From assembly GCA_964014485.1 (NCBI GenBank), contig CAXHAT010000030.1, forward strand, positions 1 through 51,040: a stretch of DNA of 51,040 nucleotides, read 5' to 3'. The position numbers and the translations under genes are program-made. Below, piece after piece: positions 47,928-51,040 of this stretch. The DNA is from an uncultured Deferribacteres bacterium. GTDB taxonomy: Bacteria; Zhuqueibacterota; Zhuqueibacteria; Zhuqueibacterales; Geothermadaptataceae. Within the stretch, counting starts at the first letter, position 1. Every line of letters starts with the position of its first letter. Under the pieces are notes generated by a model. That model saw only the letters and a list, made by a program, of their open reading frames with translations. It was not told the DNA's origin and ran no database searches.

Positions 47928-49484
47928 TTGAAACATTCCCAACAGCAAACTTCCGCTATTGAGCTGGAATTATTCACGAATCGTTTCAGCGCCATTGCTG
48001 AAGAAATGGGCGAAATGCTGCGCCGAACGGCGGTTTCGACCAACGTTAAAGAACGCCTCGATTTTTCATGTGCTCTGCTCGACGCCGACGGCGAATTGGT
48101 CGTCAATGCGCCGCACATTCCGGTGCATCTCGGCGCGCTTGGTTTATGCGTGCGCAGCGTACGCAAAATCATCGATATGCGCGAGGGCGACGTCGTTGTG
48201 ACAAACCATCCGGGCTATGGCGGCGCGCATTTGCCGGACATCAGTCTGATCACGCCTGTCTTTTTTGATGGACGCTTACTCGGCTATGCCGCGAATCGCG
48301 CCCACCACGCGGAAATTGGCGGTTCCCGGCCCGGCTCCATGCCGCCCAACGCCACGACGCTTGCCGAAGAGGGAACGGTCATCAAGCCGACCTATCTGGT
48401 TCAAAACAATCAGCCTCGCTGGGATGAAATCGAGCGCATTTTCACAAACGGGCCATATCCAACGCGCGCGCTGCAGGAAAATCTCGCCGACTTGAACGCC
48501 GGGGTCGCTTCAAATTATCGCGGCGTCGTTGCGCTTCAAAAGCTGGCCGAAAATTACGGCGCTGAGCAGGTCGCTTTTCACATGCGTGAACTGAAAAACC
48601 ACGCTCGGCGGCACATTGAAAATGAATTTGCAAAGCTCGACGGCGAAATATACTCAGCGGAAGAGCTTCTCGATGACGGCTCGCGTTTAAGCGTAAAAAT
48701 TTCGATCAAATCGCAAAAAGCCGTTTTCGATTTCTCCGGCACGTCGCCGACGCATCCCGGTAATCTGAACGCAACGCCAGCCATCGTTCGCAGCGCAGTG
48801 ATGTACGTTTTGCGCTTACTAGTCAAGGAGGCATTGCCGCTCAACGAGGGCTTGATGCAGGCCGTTGAAATCAAATTGCCGACCTGCCTGCTCAACCCGG
48901 ATTTTCCAGGCGATCCGGCCAAAGCTCCGGCGGTTGTCGGCGGCAACGTGGAGACGAGCCAGCGTCTGGTTGACACGCTGGTTAAGGCGTTTGGTCTTTT
49001 AGCGTGCGGGCAAGGAACGATGAATAACACTTTGTTTGGCAACGACAATTTTGGCTACTACGAAACAATCTGCGGCGGCTCAGGCGCAGGGCCGGGATTT
49101 AACGGCGCTTCGGCGGTGCACACGCACATGACCAACACGCGCATCACCGATCCGGAAATCATCGAGCATCGTTACCCCGTGCGACTTGATCAATTCGCGA
49201 TTCGCAGAGGCTCCGGCGGCGCAGGTGAATTTCGCGGCGGCAACGGAGCAGTACGCGAAATCACATTTTTAGAGCCGGTCGCGCTTTCGATGGTGACGCA
49301 GCATAGGGTGCAAAAACCGTTTGGCGTGAACGGCGGCGAGCCGGGAAACACCGGTCGGCAAAAGGTTGTCCGAAAGTCCGGCGAAATCGTTGAGCTTCGT
49401 TCCGTAGACGGCTGCGACATTGAGGCGGGCGATAAGTTGATCATCGAAACGCCGGGCGGCGGCGGGTATGGGAAAATAGATTAA
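47928..49484 (+). CDS. Hydantoinase B/5-oxoprolinase domain protein (B half only)
   Basis: Motifs AEEMG, STNVKERLDFSCAL, NAPHIPVHLG, GNVETSQR, HTHMTNTRITDPE and ETPGGGGYG; start uncertain (TTG, no clear RBS). Confidence 0.9.
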   Translation: MKHSQQQTSAIELELFTNRFSAIAEEMGEMLRRTAVSTNVKERLDFSCALLDADGELVVNAPHIPVHLGALGLCVRSVRKIIDMREGDVVVTNHPGYGGAHLPDISLITPVFFDGRLLGYAANRAHHAEIGGSRPGSMPPNATTLAEEGTVIKPTYLVQNNQPRWDEIERIFTNGPYPTRALQENLADLNAGVASNYRGVVALQKLAENYGAEQVAFHMRELKNHARRHIENEFAKLDGEIYSAEELLDDGSRLSVKISIKSQKAVFDFSGTSPTHPGNLNATPAIVRSAVMYVLRLLVKEALPLNEGLMQAVEIKLPTCLLNPDFPGDPAKAPAVVGGNVETSQRLVDTLVKAFGLLACGQGTMNNTLFGNDNFGYYETICGGSGAGPGFNGASAVHTHMTNTRITDPEIIEHRYPVRLDQFAIRRGSGGAGEFRGGNGAVREITFLEPVALSMVTQHRVQKPFGVNGGEPGNTGRQKVVRKSGEIVELRSVDGCDIEAGDKLIIETPGGGGYGKID

Positions 49485-49517
49485 AACGAGCTGTTTCTCC
49501 TGATTGCTATTTATTTT

Positions 49518-49799
49518 CTGATGTTACGCGCAGTTAAGCATTTCCGAGACTCAACCGAAAACAGCACCTCATTACGGCTCGTTCCCAAACTCCGGTTTGG
49601 GAATGAAAATGGGCGCGAAACTCCAGTTTCGAACCAAAGAACTCAGTCGAAACTGGAGTTTCGAGTGCAATTGCGTTCCCAATCCCGAGATTGGGAACGA
49701 GAATTTTGGGCGTCCCGAAATTAGGTTGGCGGTAGGGCGGCGCCGCCGAATGACTTTGATAAAAAGTTGCTGTATTATGAAGCTGGCGCGTAACATCAG
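49518..49799. mobile_element. MITE family A, copy 3 (TSD TTATTTT/TTATTAT) carrying a CTCGTTCCCAAAC-type REP cargo
   Basis: CTGATGTTACGCGC at 49518 and GCGCGTAACATCAG ending at 49799; flanks match 6/7; internal multi-hairpin at 49578-49701. Confidence 0.82.
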
Positions 49800-49810
49800 T
49801 TATTATTTGT

Positions 49811-49874
49811 TGTCATTCTGAAAGAATCCTTGTTATCGCGTGCATACGATAACAAAGATTCTTTCAGAATGACA
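49811..49874. repeat. Long REP-like hairpin TGTCATTCTGAAAGAATC...GATTCTTTCAGAATGACA
   Basis: 28-bp arms with 1 mismatch and an 8-nt loop; a lone half copy (TGTCATTCTGGAAGAATC) lies at 43071-43088. Confidence 0.8.
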
Positions 49875-49934
49875 GGCGGGATATGATGGGAATATCAAGG
49901 AAACGTGCATTAGACAAACCTGGAGGAAGGGAGA

Positions 49935-51040
49935 ATGAAAAGAGTCGGCTTTGTTTTATTGACCGTTGTGCTCGCGTTTTGGGCGTTGTCCTGCGCTTCA
50001 AACGAATATGACGTTGTTATCAGCAACGGGATGATTTACGACGGCGGGGGCGGTGCGCCGTTCGCCGGAGACGTGGCGATTCGCGGCGACCGTGTGGTTG
50101 AAATCGGCAATCCAGGATCGTTGAACGGAAAAACGCAAATCGACGCCAACGGCATGGCTGTCGCGCCGGGGTTCATAAACATGCTGAGTTGGGCGACGAA
50201 CTCGCTCATTATCGACGGACGTTCGCAAAGCGACATTCGGCAAGGCGTGACACTCGAAATTTTCGGCGAGGGCATTTCCATGGGGCCGATGAACGAAAAA
50301 ATGAAAAAGCAGGCGGAGGAAAACCAGGGCGACTTTAAATTTGAAATACCCTGGACGACGTTAGGCGAATATCTTGAATTTTTGGAAGAAAAGGGCGTTT
50401 CGTCGAACGTAGCCTCGTTTATCGGCGCGACGACTTTGCGTATCCACGAAATCGGCTATGACGACCGACCGCCGACCGCGGAAGAGTTGGAACGCATGAA
50501 GGCGTTGGTGCGGCAAGGCATGGAAGAAGGCGCGCTGGGAATCGGCAGTTCTCTGATTTACGCGCCTGCATTTTACGCCAAAACCGATGAATTGATTGAA
50601 TTGTGCAAGGTCGCGTCGGAATATGGCGGGATGTACATTTCGCACATGCGCAGCGAAGGCAATCGGCTTTTGGAATCGGTGGATGAATTGATTACGATTG
50701 CTCGTGAAGCGAATATTCCGGCGGAGATTTACCACCTGAAAGCGGCGGGGCAAAATAACTGGGACAAACTGCAGCAAGTCATCGACAAAGTCGAACAGGC
50801 GCAAAAAGACGGGCTAAAAATAACCGCTGACATGTACAATTATACTGCAGGCGCGACAGGACTGGTTGCGACGATGCCCCCCTGGGTTCAAGAAGGCGGA
50901 TTCGACGCCTGGCGCGCACGTTTGCAAGACCCGGAAATTCGCAAAAAAGTCATCCAGGAGATGCGCACGCCGACGGACGAGTGGGAAAATTTCTTCGTCG
51001 CCGCCAAGCCTGAAGGCATTTTGTTGGCGGGATTCAAATC
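49935..51040 (+). CDS. N-acyl-D-amino-acid deacylase family lipoprotein (partial, runs off the window)
   Basis: Not in the ORF track because there is no stop. GGAG RBS; my translation begins MKRVGFVLLTVVLAFWALSCASNEYDVVISNG...APGFINMLSWA...SDIRQGVTLE...SHMRSEG. Confidence 0.9.
   Translation, partial: MKRVGFVLLTVVLAFWALSCASNEYDVVISNGMIYDGGGGAPFAGDVAIRGDRVVEIGNPGSLNGKTQIDANGMAVAPGFINMLSWATNSLIIDGRSQSDIRQGVTLEIFGEGISMGPMNEKMKKQAEENQGDFKFEIPWTTLGEYLEFLEEKGVSSNVASFIGATTLRIHEIGYDDRPPTAEELERMKALVRQGMEEGALGIGSSLIYAPAFYAKTDELIELCKVASEYGGMYISHMRSEGNRLLESVDELITIAREANIPAEIYHLKAAGQNNWDKLQQVIDKVEQAQKDGLKITADMYNYTAGATGLVATMPPWVQEGGFDAWRARLQDPEIRKKVIQEMRTPTDEWENFFVAAKPEGILLAGFK

Noticed and set aside
49521..49821. 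Short ORFs over MITE A3 (also 2953-3150 and 42946-43179)
   Set aside because: They lie across palindromic non-coding repeats and show no protein motifs.

Overview
51-kb bacterial chromosomal window. A protein with a T9SS/FlgD-type C-terminal sorting domain, plus lnt, beta-barrels and several REP/MITE families, suggests a diderm FCB-related lineage such as KSB1 or Calditrichota (inference only). No rRNA, tRNA, CRISPR array, reverse transcriptase or transposase gene was found. Most genes are housekeeping or metabolic (ABC ATPase, fabH, sulfatase, PAS kinase plus sigma54 regulator, NagD-type HAD, folB, GcvT-like, PP2C, two D-aminoacylases, M14 peptidase, yggX, ATP-grasp, lnt, deoC, pdp, NAT, hydantoinase B). 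Five things stand out. (1) A membrane-anchored NACHT-like NTPase ends in a DUF1566/C-type-lectin domain whose 3' end has the signature of a diversity-generating-retroelement variable region, with no TR or RT in the window. (2) A MITE family (TIR CTGATGTTACGCGC, 7-bp target duplications) has three copies that each carry a different REP-like hairpin; one copy is a four-level nest with DnaA boxes in an inner TIR. (3) Five paralogous membrane-anchored SPOR-like genes lie in tandem and lack the usual beta1 Gln. (4) A lone microcompartment vertex gene overlaps a deoC that has an encapsulation-peptide-like, Cys-rich N-extension, followed by pdp. (5) A 2661-aa secreted protein has 19 FN3 and 3 F5/8C domains and an in-frame palindromic heptamer insertion.
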